From the sequence record MN895435.1: DNA of 64,000 nucleotides; one strand, written 5' to 3'. The stretch's first letter is position 1. Each line of letters begins with the position of its first letter. The position numbers were made by a program, and so were the translations under genes. The notes below the pieces were generated by a model. It did no database searches. It saw only the letters and a list, made by a program, of their open reading frames with translations, and had not been told where the DNA came from. Origin of the DNA: Escherichia phage teqhal. Shown here one piece after another: positions 50,855-61,678 of the stretch.

Positions 50855-52948
50855 ATGGAACTCATTACAGAATTATTTGACGAAGATACTACTCTTCCGA
50901 TTACAAACTTAAATCCAAAGAAGAAAATACCACAAATTTTTTCAGTTCACGTTGATGATGCAATTGAACAACCAGGCTTTCGTTTATGTACCTATACATC
51001 TGGAGGTGATACTAATCGCGATTTAAAGATGGGCGATAAAATGATGCATATTGTTCCTTTTACATTAACTGCTAAAGGTTCAATTGCTAAATTGAAAGGT
51101 CTTGGTCCAAGCCCAATTAATTATATCAATTCAGTTTTTACTGTTGCAATGCAAACAATGCGTCAGTATAAAATTGATGCCTGTATGCTCCGTATTCTTA
51201 AGTCTAAAACTGCTGGTCAAGCTCGACAAATTCAAGTTATTGCTGATAGACTTATCCGTAGTCGTTCAGGTGGAAGATACGTCCTTCTTAAGGAACTCTG
51301 GGATTATGATAAAAAGTATGCATATATTCTTATACATCGCAAAAATGTATCACTAGAAGACATTCCAGGAGTTCCGGAAATTAGTACCGAGCTCTTTACT
51401 AAGGTTGAATCGAAGGTCGGTGATGTTTATATCAATAAAGATACTGGAGCTCAAGTAACTAAAAATGAGGCAATTGCAGCATCTATTGCACAAGAAAATG
51501 ATAAACGTTCTGACCAAGCTGTAATCGTTAAAGTTAAAATTTCCCGTAGAGCAATTGCACAAAGTCAGTCATTGGAATCTTCTAGATTTGAAAGTGAATT
51601 ATTCCAGAAGTATGAATCTACCGCAGCTAATTTCAATAAACCTGCTACTGCTCCTTTAATTCCCGAAGCAGAAGAAATGAAGCTTGGAATTAATTCATTA
51701 GCTTCTAAAACTAAGGCAGCAAAAATTATTGCCGAAGGAACTGCGAATGAACTTCACTATGACTATAAATTCTTTTCAAAAAGTGAGGTTAATGAAGTTT
51801 CCGAAAAAATTAAAGATGTAATTCTTAATGCGATCAAAAATGAACCAACTACTTCAATAAAATGTTTAGAGAAATACGCAGCAGCTGTCAATCAATTCTT
51901 TGAAAAATATAAAGATAATTGGCTTGATAAACATAATAAAACTCGTAAAGGGCAGCCAGATGAAGTCTGGGAAGAAATAACTAAAAATTCCTGGAACGCA
52001 GCAAAAACTAAATTCCTCAAACGAATGATTTATAGTTTTTCTGGAATTGGTGCAGGCCCAATGATTGATATTACTATTGCCCGCGATGGTTCTAAATATA
52101 CTCCATCACAAAAGCGTGGCATTAGAGAATATTGCGGTTCAGGATATACTGACATCAATAATCTTCTTTTAGGTCGTTACAATCCAGAACGATATGATGT
52201 AATGAGTGAAAAAGAAATTGAATCTGCTATAAATAATTTAGATTCAGCTTTTGAAAATGGTGACCGTATACCAGAAGGCATTACAGTTTATCGTGCTCAA
52301 AGCATGACTGCTCCTATATACGAAGCACTAGTTAAAAATAAAGTGTTCTATTTCAGAAATTTTGTATCTACTTCTTTAACTCCTATCATTTTTGGACGTT
52401 TTGGAATTACACATGCTGGTATTGGTCTTTTAGAACCAGAAGCTCGTAACGAATTAACGGTTGATAAAAATGAAGAAGGAATAACTATTAATCCAAACGA
52501 AATAAGAGCGTATAAAGAAAATCCTGAATACGTTAAAGTTCAAATAGGATGGGCAATTGATGGAGCTCATAAAGTTAATGTTGTATATCCAGGAAGTCTC
52601 GGAATAGCAACAGAAGCTGAAGTTATTCTACCGCGCGGATTGATGGTTAAAGTTAATAAAATAACTGATGCTTCTAATAATGACGGAACCACGTCTAATA
52701 ATACAAAACTCATTCAAGCTGAAGTTATGACCACAGAAGAACTCACCGAATCGGTAATCTATGACGGAGACCATTTAATGGAAACCGGCGAAGTAGTTGC
52801 AATGACAGGTGATATTGAAATAGAAGACAGAGTTGACTTTGCATCATTTGTTTCATCAAATGTTAAACAGAAAGTAGAATCATCTCTTGGAATTATTGCG
52901 TCTTGCATAGATATTACAAACATGCCTTACAAGTTCGTTCAAGGATAA
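50855..52948 (+). CDS. Alt-family ADP-ribosyltransferase, paralog 1
   Basis: 697 aa; candidate R-S-E motifs (VYRAQ, FVSTSL, EAEVILPRG); N-terminal MELITELFDE leader; N- and C-termini near-identical to the downstream paralog. Confidence 0.8.
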   Translation: MELITELFDEDTTLPITNLNPKKKIPQIFSVHVDDAIEQPGFRLCTYTSGGDTNRDLKMGDKMMHIVPFTLTAKGSIAKLKGLGPSPINYINSVFTVAMQTMRQYKIDACMLRILKSKTAGQARQIQVIADRLIRSRSGGRYVLLKELWDYDKKYAYILIHRKNVSLEDIPGVPEISTELFTKVESKVGDVYINKDTGAQVTKNEAIAASIAQENDKRSDQAVIVKVKISRRAIAQSQSLESSRFESELFQKYESTAANFNKPATAPLIPEAEEMKLGINSLASKTKAAKIIAEGTANELHYDYKFFSKSEVNEVSEKIKDVILNAIKNEPTTSIKCLEKYAAAVNQFFEKYKDNWLDKHNKTRKGQPDEVWEEITKNSWNAAKTKFLKRMIYSFSGIGAGPMIDITIARDGSKYTPSQKRGIREYCGSGYTDINNLLLGRYNPERYDVMSEKEIESAINNLDSAFENGDRIPEGITVYRAQSMTAPIYEALVKNKVFYFRNFVSTSLTPIIFGRFGITHAGIGLLEPEARNELTVDKNEEGITINPNEIRAYKENPEYVKVQIGWAIDGAHKVNVVYPGSLGIATEAEVILPRGLMVKVNKITDASNNDGTTSNNTKLIQAEVMTTEELTESVIYDGDHLMETGEVVAMTGDIEIEDRVDFASFVSSNVKQKVESSLGIIASCIDITNMPYKFVQG

Positions 52949-52951
52949 ATC

Positions 52952-55009
52952 ATGGAACTTATTACAGAATTATTTGACGGCGCTTCGGCGCCGGTTGTTA
53001 ACTTAAATCCTAAGCATAAAATACCACAAATTTTTGCTATTCAAGCCGGCGAAGAAAGTGTGCTTCCTGGATTTAGATTTTGTACATACACCTCTGGCGG
53101 TGATACAAATAAAAACGTTAAGCCAGGCGATAAAATGATGCATATCGTAATGATAGGCGTCAACGAGAAATTATCGCTGGTTAAGCTTAGAAACTTGGGT
53201 GGAAATCCAATTGGCGTCATTAATGCGGTTTTTGATACTGCTCTTCAAACAATGAAGCAGTATAAAATCGACGCATGCTTATTCCGCGTACTAAAAAGTA
53301 AAACAAATGGCGCAGCTCGTCAAATGCAAGTTATTGCTGACCGTTTAGTACGTACTAAAGGAGCAGGTCGATATGTTCTTTTAAAGGAAATCTGGGATTA
53401 TGATAAAAAGTACGCATATATTATGGTTTACCGTAAAAATGCCAAATTAGAAGACATTCCAGGTGTACCTCCTATTTCAACTGAGTTATTCACAAAAGTT
53501 GAATCAAAGGTTGGTGATGTTTATGTAGACGTTAAAACAGGTAATGCTGTTCCTAAAGCTGTTGCTGTTGCTGCTTCTATTGCTTTAGAAAATGATAAGC
53601 GCACGGATCAAGCTGTTATTCAGAAAACTAAAATTAGTCGTCGATTAGCAGCGCAAGCTCAATATTCTACTGTTGATGCTTCACTTCAGGGTGATAGCTT
53701 CGCTGCTAAGAAATATCAAGAGTTTGAATCTAAAGTTCCGGTATATAAAGCAGAAGGACCAATGAACTCTGGCGTTATTCAGATTGGTTCAAACTTTAGC
53801 AAAGGAGCTATCGGTGGTATGAGAAGTGCTTCTCGTTTTAAATCTAGCGATTATGAACTAGAAAGTTTCCGAAATCATATTGCATTAGCCCATGCACGTT
53901 TACGTGATCCATCTATCAAGTTGCAGAGCGATATAACATATCAAGGTTCTCAAGAATATTTAAAGAATAAAGAATTCTTTGATTATAAAACTGATAAAAT
54001 TTTAAGCGATCTTGCTGATATTAATATTTCTAATAGCTTTGATGTTATTAAGAAAATTATCAATGATTTGGTTAAAGGTTCTAAAGCTACGCCAGATGAA
54101 AAGACAGCTATTATTCAATTTGTCATGAATGGCATTTATAAATTGATTAATGAATCTGCTGCTCAGGCATATGAATACGCAAGCACTGAAGTAACTCCAA
54201 AAGGACTGACTCAGGCTGAGTCTGATGTAATTGAAGATTATTGTGCAGATTCATATGTTGAAATGAACTCGTTCCTTTTGGGTAAACCAGATTCTACCCG
54301 TGAAGAATATATGGAACGAGCTATTAAGCACATTGAGACGTTGGATTCTGCATTCGCTAAAGGTTCAGTTCTTCCTCCAGGAACTACGCTTTATCGTGGA
54401 CAAGAAGTTACCTTTAAAACTTTGCGTCATAACATTGAAAACAAAATGTTCTATTTCAAGAACTTCGTATCGACATCGCTTAAACCAAATATCTTCGGTG
54501 AGCATGGTAAAAACTATATGGCTCTAGATGATTCCGGTGCAGTATTTTCTGGCGAAGGAGAAGGTTCTGTTGATGCAGAAGATTTAATGCATATGGGTAG
54601 TCATTCTGCATATGCTAATGAAGATGCTGAAACTAGCGTAGGTATGGTAATTAAAGGGGCTGAGCGAATCAAAGTTATCGTTCCAGGTCATTTATCAGGA
54701 TTTCCATCAGAAGCTGAAGTTATTCTACCACGTGGAATTTTGTTAAAGATTAATAAAGTAAGCACGTACATGATGAAAGAAACTGCTTATAACAAGTATC
54801 TAATCGAAGGCACAATCGTTCCTCCTTCTGACCAATTAGAAGAATCAGTATATGATGGCGACCATTTAATGGAAACTGGTGAAGTTCGTCCAATGGCTGG
54901 ATTTAATCAATTCCTTGTAGAAGAATCAAAAGAAGAGGAAAACGAAGTTTCTCAAATCTTGGCTTCTTTGGTTAACATCAACGGAATGTCTAAAAAGTTC
55001 AAAATGTAG
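52952..55009 (+). CDS. alt: Alt-family ADP-ribosyltransferase, paralog 2 (685 aa, closest in size to T4 Alt)
   Basis: 685 aa; candidate R-S-E motifs (LYRGQ, FVSTSL, EAEVILPRG); shared MELITELFDG leader; which paralog is the T4 alt orthologue is uncertain. Confidence 0.7.
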   Translation: MELITELFDGASAPVVNLNPKHKIPQIFAIQAGEESVLPGFRFCTYTSGGDTNKNVKPGDKMMHIVMIGVNEKLSLVKLRNLGGNPIGVINAVFDTALQTMKQYKIDACLFRVLKSKTNGAARQMQVIADRLVRTKGAGRYVLLKEIWDYDKKYAYIMVYRKNAKLEDIPGVPPISTELFTKVESKVGDVYVDVKTGNAVPKAVAVAASIALENDKRTDQAVIQKTKISRRLAAQAQYSTVDASLQGDSFAAKKYQEFESKVPVYKAEGPMNSGVIQIGSNFSKGAIGGMRSASRFKSSDYELESFRNHIALAHARLRDPSIKLQSDITYQGSQEYLKNKEFFDYKTDKILSDLADINISNSFDVIKKIINDLVKGSKATPDEKTAIIQFVMNGIYKLINESAAQAYEYASTEVTPKGLTQAESDVIEDYCADSYVEMNSFLLGKPDSTREEYMERAIKHIETLDSAFAKGSVLPPGTTLYRGQEVTFKTLRHNIENKMFYFKNFVSTSLKPNIFGEHGKNYMALDDSGAVFSGEGEGSVDAEDLMHMGSHSAYANEDAETSVGMVIKGAERIKVIVPGHLSGFPSEAEVILPRGILLKINKVSTYMMKETAYNKYLIEGTIVPPSDQLEESVYDGDHLMETGEVRPMAGFNQFLVEESKEEENEVSQILASLVNINGMSKKFKM

Positions 55010-55062
55010 TTTACAAGTTCCTTATGTTGTGTTATAGTAGTCTTACTGACATAACATGAGGA
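55009..55062 (+). promoter_or_regulatory. promoter-plus-hairpin cassette, copy 2
   Basis: Near-identical to 39188..39242: GTTTACA then hairpin ccttatgtt...aacatgagg with the SD in the right arm. Confidence 0.5.
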
Positions 55063-55069
55063 ACACAAA

Positions 55070-55360
55070 ATGAAATCTTCTTTGCGCTTTTTAGGTCAAG
55101 AACTTGTAGTTGAAGGCGTTATTCCTGCTGATAACGCTTTTAATGAAGCAGTTTACGATGAATTTATTAAAATTTTTGGAACAGATAAAAAGTTCGGAAT
55201 TTTTCCTTCTGAAAATTTTTCAAAGTCAGAACAGACTGAAAGTATTTTTCAGGGTGTAGTAACAGGTAAATTTGAGTCAGAAGCTCCGGTAAAAATTGAA
55301 GTTTATATTGAAGACAGTTTAGTTGCTTCAGTTGCTGCTTTCATTTCATTCCGTAAATAA
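55070..55360 (+). CDS. hypothetical protein, 96 aa
   Basis: ORF downstream of the cassette; followed by a hairpin shared with convergent gene 54. Confidence 0.5.
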   Translation: MKSSLRFLGQELVVEGVIPADNAFNEAVYDEFIKIFGTDKKFGIFPSENFSKSEQTESIFQGVVTGKFESEAPVKIEVYIEDSLVASVAAFISFRK

Positions 55361-55365
55361 AAATA

Positions 55366-55385
55366 TGGGGACCGAAAGGTCCCCA
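55366..55385. terminator. hairpin between convergent genes (55070 ORF on +, gene 54 on -)
   Basis: tggggacc-gaaa-ggtcccca GNRA-loop hairpin in the 28 bp gap between convergent stop codons. Confidence 0.55.
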
Positions 55386-55388
55386 TTG

Positions 55389-56354
55389 TTATATTGCTCC
55401 TAATATTTTACTTTGCGAATTGACAATTCCTGTCATAGTATTAATGTTTGAAATGCTTCCTGCAGTTCCACCTAATCTACTGAGTCGTGAAAGAGAATTA
55501 GATAGTCCAGTAACACCTCCACTATTTCCGAGAACGCTTTGAATACCATTTATAGCAGCAGATTCAAGCCATTCAAGCGCAGCTTGCCTATCAACTGCTC
55601 CAGCCTGCATGACTCTATACGCAAAAGTAACATCAAATGTAGTTATTTGGTTATCTCCATCATATGATAATTCAGGAGCGCTCACTGACATTGGAATGCA
55701 TCCGGTGAACATTACCGCAGTATGAGGTAATCCATTGCGAGAATGAAGATTAACCTGAATATCTGCCTCGACATCTTGTGGCAAAGCACGCAGTCCAGTT
55801 ACTGGGTCTTGAACAGCGTTAACCCAGTCTTGCATTGCACGATAGTTACAAGCTTCTGAATCCATTCTAAATGAAATAACCAAAGGGTCTAATTCTCTCC
55901 CAGTTATACGAATATTAGGAGAGTTGTAGTTCCAGTCAGTTTCATAGGATAATCTATTCTCTGGCATTTTTACAGAGTATATCATCAATCCAGATGAGTT
56001 ATATGCCATGTTAAAGAAGTCAATTAAATATGTACCAACTGTAAATGAGCCTAATAAACTTTGAACTGTACGTTGACTCATGGCACCAATAAGATATTTA
56101 CTAACCCCTGATTTTCTTATCAGTTTTTGTGTGCCAGCTGTAATTAGCGTGGTAATTCCCTGATTAATATCACCTTGAGTTAATCCTAGCCAATCTGAAT
56201 TTAGGCCCAAGTTATTATAAGAAAAGTTGCTAATTGAACTTATCAACGAAGAGCTTTTAGTTGATGGAGTTGTTGCAAAAACGCAGCTAAACATATTATT
56301 ACGTTGGAAATCTGCGTTTATTGCTTGATTATTAAATTCCTCTAAAGAATACAT
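55389..56354 (-). CDS. 54: baseplate tail-tube initiator gp54
   Basis: 321 aa (T4 gp54 is 320 aa); synteny 29-48-54. Confidence 0.85.
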   Translation of the reverse strand: MYSLEEFNNQAINADFQRNNMFSCVFATTPSTKSSSLISSISNFSYNNLGLNSDWLGLTQGDINQGITTLITAGTQKLIRKSGVSKYLIGAMSQRTVQSLLGSFTVGTYLIDFFNMAYNSSGLMIYSVKMPENRLSYETDWNYNSPNIRITGRELDPLVISFRMDSEACNYRAMQDWVNAVQDPVTGLRALPQDVEADIQVNLHSRNGLPHTAVMFTGCIPMSVSAPELSYDGDNQITTFDVTFAYRVMQAGAVDRQAALEWLESAAINGIQSVLGNSGGVTGLSNSLSRLSRLGGTAGSISNINTMTGIVNSQSKILGAI

Positions 56355-57448
56355 TAAAAAGTCCCCGCATATAAAGAAGCACGGTTTAACGTGATAATTT
56401 CTCTCATAGTAATCTCGAGAGTAAATGTACTAGGGAGGTTTGGAGCAATAGCTAATCCGTTAAAGTTACCATTAGGTGTTTTGTCAAATCTGATACTCTG
56501 GATTTGACATGGGCCAAATATTTCCGTTTTTCCATCAAACTTAGATGTTGCACCAAAGTTTTTCACCATCCAAATTGTCGGGTTTGAAACTACTAGAACG
56601 TTAGTTAAACTCGATGTCATTTTCTCAAATAGTGTTTTATTTTTAGCTGCGTCTTCCGGAGATAAAGGTTCAATTAACGTAGAACGATACCAATCATCTA
56701 AATACCCCTTTATTTCAGCAGCATATTGAGATTTACCCGTTTCACCGTAAGAAAAATAGTTAAAATATTGATAGATATTAATAATAGCCATTAAATCTTC
56801 TGTTGAACGTGGAGTCAAATCCCATGTAAACACTTTAGTTCTATTTTCAGCACCACCATACATACTTCTGGCTGTCGTATAAATCTGTTCATTATTATCA
56901 GCCATTATACCTTGTGTTATACTTTCCAGTGCCCCAAATACTGCGGTTGAAGCAATATTACTTAGCACTCCAGTAGCAGTACCTCCGCCTCTACTGATAA
57001 GGCTTTCTTGAACATCATTAAATCTATGTGATGATGTATCAACATCAGATTTAGATCTCGGTAAAAGAATGTTTGCGATAGGAGCTTTACTTATTGTTCC
57101 TGAATTATTATTTGATATTAATCCATTTGATAGTTTTGACACTGTACTACTAATAGTGTTTCTGGCTGTACGTAAAATACTCGAAGATGAAGAAGAGTAG
57201 TTAGATCTCATCGATCTAAGACTTCCAGAATCCCTAGATGACATATTGTATGCAGTAAATAATAATCCATTCTTATACAGATCTGTTACCTGGAAGTCCC
57301 CTGTAGTGTCATTACCACTAGCACGCCCAGTTGGAAACTGGGCTGTGTATGTTTTAGTTCCTACTTCTGATTTAGTACTCTGTCCGGCTGAAATTTTCTC
57401 ACCGGACTTTTTAATTAAATCAGCAGTTATTTCTTTAACAATTGCCAT
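56354..57448 (-). CDS. 48: baseplate tail-tube cap gp48
   Basis: 364 aa, the T4 gp48 length; synteny. Confidence 0.85.
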   Translation of the reverse strand: MAIVKEITADLIKKSGEKISAGQSTKSEVGTKTYTAQFPTGRASGNDTTGDFQVTDLYKNGLLFTAYNMSSRDSGSLRSMRSNYSSSSSSILRTARNTISSTVSKLSNGLISNNNSGTISKAPIANILLPRSKSDVDTSSHRFNDVQESLISRGGGTATGVLSNIASTAVFGALESITQGIMADNNEQIYTTARSMYGGAENRTKVFTWDLTPRSTEDLMAIINIYQYFNYFSYGETGKSQYAAEIKGYLDDWYRSTLIEPLSPEDAAKNKTLFEKMTSSLTNVLVVSNPTIWMVKNFGATSKFDGKTEIFGPCQIQSIRFDKTPNGNFNGLAIAPNLPSTFTLEITMREIITLNRASLYAGTF

Positions 57449-57456
57449 ATTATTCC

Positions 57457-59229
57457 TTAATTAACTCCAGTCGCATCAAATACACCAGGAGCAGTCGTGC
57501 TCGTTACGGGTGTCATATTATGAACGACAGTATTTTTCTTAATAACATTATTAGTATTATTGATCGAAGGAGATGCTTGTTGAACAGGAGCTTGCTGTGC
57601 TTTATTCTTTTCTATTACCTGGACTTGTTTTGCTTCTGGTGATTTAGCAGAAGTTTCAGGTTTGGCATTAGGCTGATTTTTCTTGAGCTCTTGATAAGTA
57701 GCATCAATTTTAGAAAATCTAGCAGCAAGTTCTTTTTTAACTGCCGGTGAATTATTTAAATCCGGGTCATCCATTCGTTTTTTAAGGTCTTCATAGGCAG
57801 CTTCAACTGATTTAACCGTTGAGTCTTTACTCATATCAGCTGAATCAGCATATTTTTCAAAACGAATCATCGCGGCACGTGCTTCATTAGCCTTCATTAA
57901 AGCATTTTTTCTTTCTTCAGGTGAAAGCTGCTTTAATTTTTCTTCTTCTGCTGCACGTTCTTCGTCGGTAGTTAGTGCTTCTTTATTATCAACCCCACGA
58001 ATCCAATTAGATGCACGAGTTTTCCAATTAGCAATTTTATCTAATCCTTTTGCTATCGGACCAAGGTCTCCATTCATTCGTTTATCTTGATAATTTGCAA
58101 CTTTTTCTTGGTCTTCTTTATTGAGAGATGCTCCAGTAGAATTTTGGAAATTTTCCAATGCTCTTCCTTCTACTTCATCAGCGGTATCCTTCATACCAGG
58201 AATGACTCGAAGAATTGCAGCAGATAATTTAGCCATACCTAATTGAATAAGCTCTCCTAAATTAAAAAGAACACTTCCGAGTCCTTCTACGATAGCTGCT
58301 GTCAATCCACCCCAATCTCCCGCTTCCCAAAGTTGTTTAATTTTATCAATAGAATCAAAGATGCTCTGTAATAAAGGACCCCAAGTTCCGGTTTCGCTAG
58401 AGAATTTAGTAAAGTCAGTATTAAATAAATCCCAGGCTTTTGAAAATTTATCTGACCAATATTTAAAGTGAACCATCAGCAGATCTATTCCAACAACAAC
58501 AGCCAATATCATTGCAGTCATTTTAGCGGCTTCAATAGCAGCACTGATGGTGTACTTAAATAACATGCTTGATATTTTATCACTAATTGAAATGGATTTC
58601 TTAAATCCAAAATCAACAGTCTTTGTTAATTTATCTAAAGCTTGAGATAATTTTAAGTTAAATGCTTCTTTTTTCTGTTTTTCTTCTGGCGATTCTTGTT
58701 TGGGTTCAACTGGTTGAGGGGTAGGGAAAAAATCAGCGTCAGGATCATTATTAACTGCTTCGGGAGCCGGTAATAAAGGACCCACAGATTCAGCGGTATC
58801 ATCCTCAACGACTTTAACAGGAATAGCGCTTTCAACCGTGGCTAAACTAGTTCCAGTCTGTTGAATTCCAGCTGTCTGAATTTTTTGCTCTAGTAAACTT
58901 GTTAATTTATCTAATTTGCTTCCGAGCGATTCGCCGATTTCTTTATTAATATTATTGCCAATTTCGACAGTTTCAGCAATTAACTCAGAACCAGCAGTAG
59001 TATCACTCACTGCGCTTTCTACATTGTCAATTGCTCCAATTATTTCATTCGATTTTTCTTCGACAGTTTGAGCAATTAATTCAGAAGCAGCTTGAGCATC
59101 ATCCAATTTCGTAGATATATCGTTAAGTCCAGATAAAGTATTAGAAGCGGATTTAGCCGCTTCCTGTGTTGGTTTATTATCTGAAATAACTTTTCTACGC
59201 ATCGTTTGCATTTCTTGTGGCTTTTTCAT
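57457..59229 (-). CDS. 29: tail length tape-measure / baseplate hub protein gp29
   Basis: 590 aa, the T4 gp29 length; low-complexity helical regions. Confidence 0.85.
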   Translation of the reverse strand: MKKPQEMQTMRRKVISDNKPTQEAAKSASNTLSGLNDISTKLDDAQAASELIAQTVEEKSNEIIGAIDNVESAVSDTTAGSELIAETVEIGNNINKEIGESLGSKLDKLTSLLEQKIQTAGIQQTGTSLATVESAIPVKVVEDDTAESVGPLLPAPEAVNNDPDADFFPTPQPVEPKQESPEEKQKKEAFNLKLSQALDKLTKTVDFGFKKSISISDKISSMLFKYTISAAIEAAKMTAMILAVVVGIDLLMVHFKYWSDKFSKAWDLFNTDFTKFSSETGTWGPLLQSIFDSIDKIKQLWEAGDWGGLTAAIVEGLGSVLFNLGELIQLGMAKLSAAILRVIPGMKDTADEVEGRALENFQNSTGASLNKEDQEKVANYQDKRMNGDLGPIAKGLDKIANWKTRASNWIRGVDNKEALTTDEERAAEEEKLKQLSPEERKNALMKANEARAAMIRFEKYADSADMSKDSTVKSVEAAYEDLKKRMDDPDLNNSPAVKKELAARFSKIDATYQELKKNQPNAKPETSAKSPEAKQVQVIEKNKAQQAPVQQASPSINNTNNVIKKNTVVHNMTPVTSTTAPGVFDATGVN

Positions 59230-59759
59230 TCAAATAATCCAATAATATTGCCAATTCCAGTTATTGGACCATTAGGGCCAGGAATTGCTAAAGTTGTAAA
59301 AATATCATTTGCCCATTTTAAAACGAATGCTGGCATCTCAAGAAAATTAATTTCTTTAACTTCATCATTGACCTTAAGCAAGCATTTAGACAACATATCG
59401 CTCACCGTTAAAAATTGTTCAAATTTTCCAGGAGGTCTAAAATAAAATGTATTTCCTTGGTATTGAAATTCTAATCTTTGGCACACATAAACATCATTAA
59501 TGTCATAAGTATAGCCATCTATTTCTTTACGAGATTTAATCTTTCCATTAAATTCCAATAAATGAATAGAAACGAAATCAACTTCTGCCGGTGATAAATT
59601 CGGACAAATAGAATCAATAAGAAGTTTTAAATTTTCATCAGGACCTTTAACATCTTTTAAAATGTTATAATGCTTAAGACCCATTTTAGGAATAGAAACT
59701 TCTTTATTGCTTATTGGAAGAACTACTTTCTTCAGTGGTAGTATCAGATTTAAATTCAT
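59226..59759 (-). CDS. 28: baseplate hub distal subunit gp28
   Basis: 177 aa, the T4 gp28 length; synteny. Confidence 0.8.
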   Translation of the reverse strand: MNLNLILPLKKVVLPISNKEVSIPKMGLKHYNILKDVKGPDENLKLLIDSICPNLSPAEVDFVSIHLLEFNGKIKSRKEIDGYTYDINDVYVCQRLEFQYQGNTFYFRPPGKFEQFLTVSDMLSKCLLKVNDEVKEINFLEMPAFVLKWANDIFTTLAIPGPNGPITGIGNIIGLFE

Positions 59760-60879
59760 TTTTAACCTTAACTGGGTCTATTGTTTCCAGTTTCGTTGCA
59801 TTAGTGAACATATATAGATGAGTTACTGAATTATTATTGGATAATTCATGGATAACTTCATCAACGTAAAATTCTGTTTTAAATTGGTTTTTACTATCAT
59901 TAAAAATAATTTTAACGCCAGGAGTCAAGTTAAAATTACCGACAGTAGAACATTTAGCATAGCCGTCATATTGTGCCATAGTTTGAAGACGAATAGCTTC
60001 TTCATATCCATTCCTATAAGTCATTTCAGAATAAGCACCTGACCTTGACACTACAATAGAGTTTTCACCCTTTCCTGTAGTAATCATTGGTAATGAAGAA
60101 TCTAAAAATGAATGCGCATAGATAGTAGCGTTTTTCATTGGATCACGTTTGTGAGGATTCGATTTAGTCAACCAAACGAAATCATATGCTAATGGATATT
60201 TTAATTCTTGGACAAATTGACCTATTAAAGATGGCTCACCGACAATCATTGGATATGGTTCTTGATTTATCATCATATCATAGTCCATCATGTTAACTCC
60301 CATGATGTCTTGCCATACAAATACAAATTTGTCGCTTCCTACAGCTAGAGCAACTTCTCTTACATATGACAAATAGTTTTCAAATGTGCTAGTCCATGGA
60401 ATATCAGGAACATAAGCATTTATAGCATTTATTGCTGGAGTTAATAATGTACGGTCTTGATAAATGACACCAAGCATTTCTTTTATAGATTCACCTGCAT
60501 CAGGGAAAAATGGTCTACCAAATTTAAGATTTTCTATAGAATGAATAGTTCCCAATTCAATAGCAATGATGTTATCACCTTTTGAATCTACTGACACGGA
60601 AAAATGCTTACATCCATAAATTCGTGTTTTAACATTATTAATATCATTTGCATTAGCTACAGAAATCTGAATTATTTCATTTCCATCCATTTTTGTATGG
60701 ATGTTTTTAGAATCATAAAATTGCAGCATTCCTTCATTTCGGCCATAAAGAGAATCCCGCATAGTTAATGTAGTAATAGTAGCAGCTAATTCAACAAATC
60801 TATTATTACTCCAAGCGTCGTAGCTATCAAATAATTTAACGCTGAGATTTGGATATCCGGGGCGTTGCAACATACTCAT
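59704..60879 (-). CDS. 27: baseplate hub subunit gp27
   Basis: 391 aa, the T4 gp27 length; synteny. Confidence 0.85.
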   Translation of the reverse strand: MSMLQRPGYPNLSVKLFDSYDAWSNNRFVELAATITTLTMRDSLYGRNEGMLQFYDSKNIHTKMDGNEIIQISVANANDINNVKTRIYGCKHFSVSVDSKGDNIIAIELGTIHSIENLKFGRPFFPDAGESIKEMLGVIYQDRTLLTPAINAINAYVPDIPWTSTFENYLSYVREVALAVGSDKFVFVWQDIMGVNMMDYDMMINQEPYPMIVGEPSLIGQFVQELKYPLAYDFVWLTKSNPHKRDPMKNATIYAHSFLDSSLPMITTGKGENSIVVSRSGAYSEMTYRNGYEEAIRLQTMAQYDGYAKCSTVGNFNLTPGVKIIFNDSKNQFKTEFYVDEVIHELSNNNSVTHLYMFTNATKLETIDPVKVKNEFKSDTTTEESSSSNKQ

Positions 60880-61628
60880 TATTGTTTATCCTTCTCAATC
60901 AGTTTTAATACGAATCCGCGCTCAGCAGGAATCATTTTCATTATTGAATTTAAGCTATAATTACTTTTTACGAGTGTGTGATTAATTTGATAAAAAGTAA
61001 ATATCTCATCTGGGTTAACTAATAGCTTAAACACGTCTACTATATCAGTGTATTTTTTAATGTACTTATTACAGCATGACATATGTAGAGTTAAATTAAT
61101 AGGATTCATTGCATCGAGAATTTTTTCTAATGTTTCTATCTCGATAGCATCAACAAGTTCTATTTGACTTGATTCACTAATTTCCTTCCAATCATACCAA
61201 ATTTCATCTACTTGGACGGAATGAATATTTTCAGTAATCATCTTTGCTTTATTTTCATAAAACTCAGAAGGAAACTTTAATTTAATTTTAACATTAGCTA
61301 CATCAAAAACAGGTTCCTTTAATTCTTTTTGATATATTTCAAATGGAACTGTCTTTTCTTTTTTACATTTTGGACATACAAATGTGACCGGTACTTTAGT
61401 TTTACCTATTGACCCTACAAATACCTGCAAAAATATAAATGGTTGCCAAGTCTTCGGATAGTCTCCAAAATAATCATCAATTAAATCAGTAATTATTTCT
61501 TTTTGTTCTTGTGGTGACCGATGCTCTATATCGTTTCGAACTAACAAAAAATCTCGATAATCTTCTACCGTAAATGGTTTAAAACGATGAACACCATCTG
61601 GTAATTTACAACGAATAATGTTTGCCAT
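60879..61628 (-). CDS. 51: baseplate hub assembly protein gp51
   Basis: 249 aa, the T4 gp51 length; Cys pairs (CPKC ... CC). Confidence 0.8.
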   Translation of the reverse strand: MANIIRCKLPDGVHRFKPFTVEDYRDFLLVRNDIEHRSPQEQKEIITDLIDDYFGDYPKTWQPFIFLQVFVGSIGKTKVPVTFVCPKCKKEKTVPFEIYQKELKEPVFDVANVKIKLKFPSEFYENKAKMITENIHSVQVDEIWYDWKEISESSQIELVDAIEIETLEKILDAMNPINLTLHMSCCNKYIKKYTDIVDVFKLLVNPDEIFTFYQINHTLVKSNYSLNSIMKMIPAERGFVLKLIEKDKQ

Positions 61629-61645
61629 AGATGCTCCTTTTATTC

Positions 61646-61653
61646 TATTTATA
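61646..61653 (-). promoter_or_regulatory. late promoter for gene 51
   Basis: + strand TATTTATA is TATAAATA on the - strand, 18 bp upstream of the gene 51 start. Confidence 0.6.
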
Positions 61654-61657
61654 AATA
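61650..61657 (+). promoter_or_regulatory. late promoter for gene 26
   Basis: TATAAATA 21 bp upstream of the gene 26 ATG; overlaps the divergent gene 51 late promoter within TATTTATAAATA. Confidence 0.6.
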
Positions 61658-61678
61658 TGATAAATAAAGGAGCTAAAT

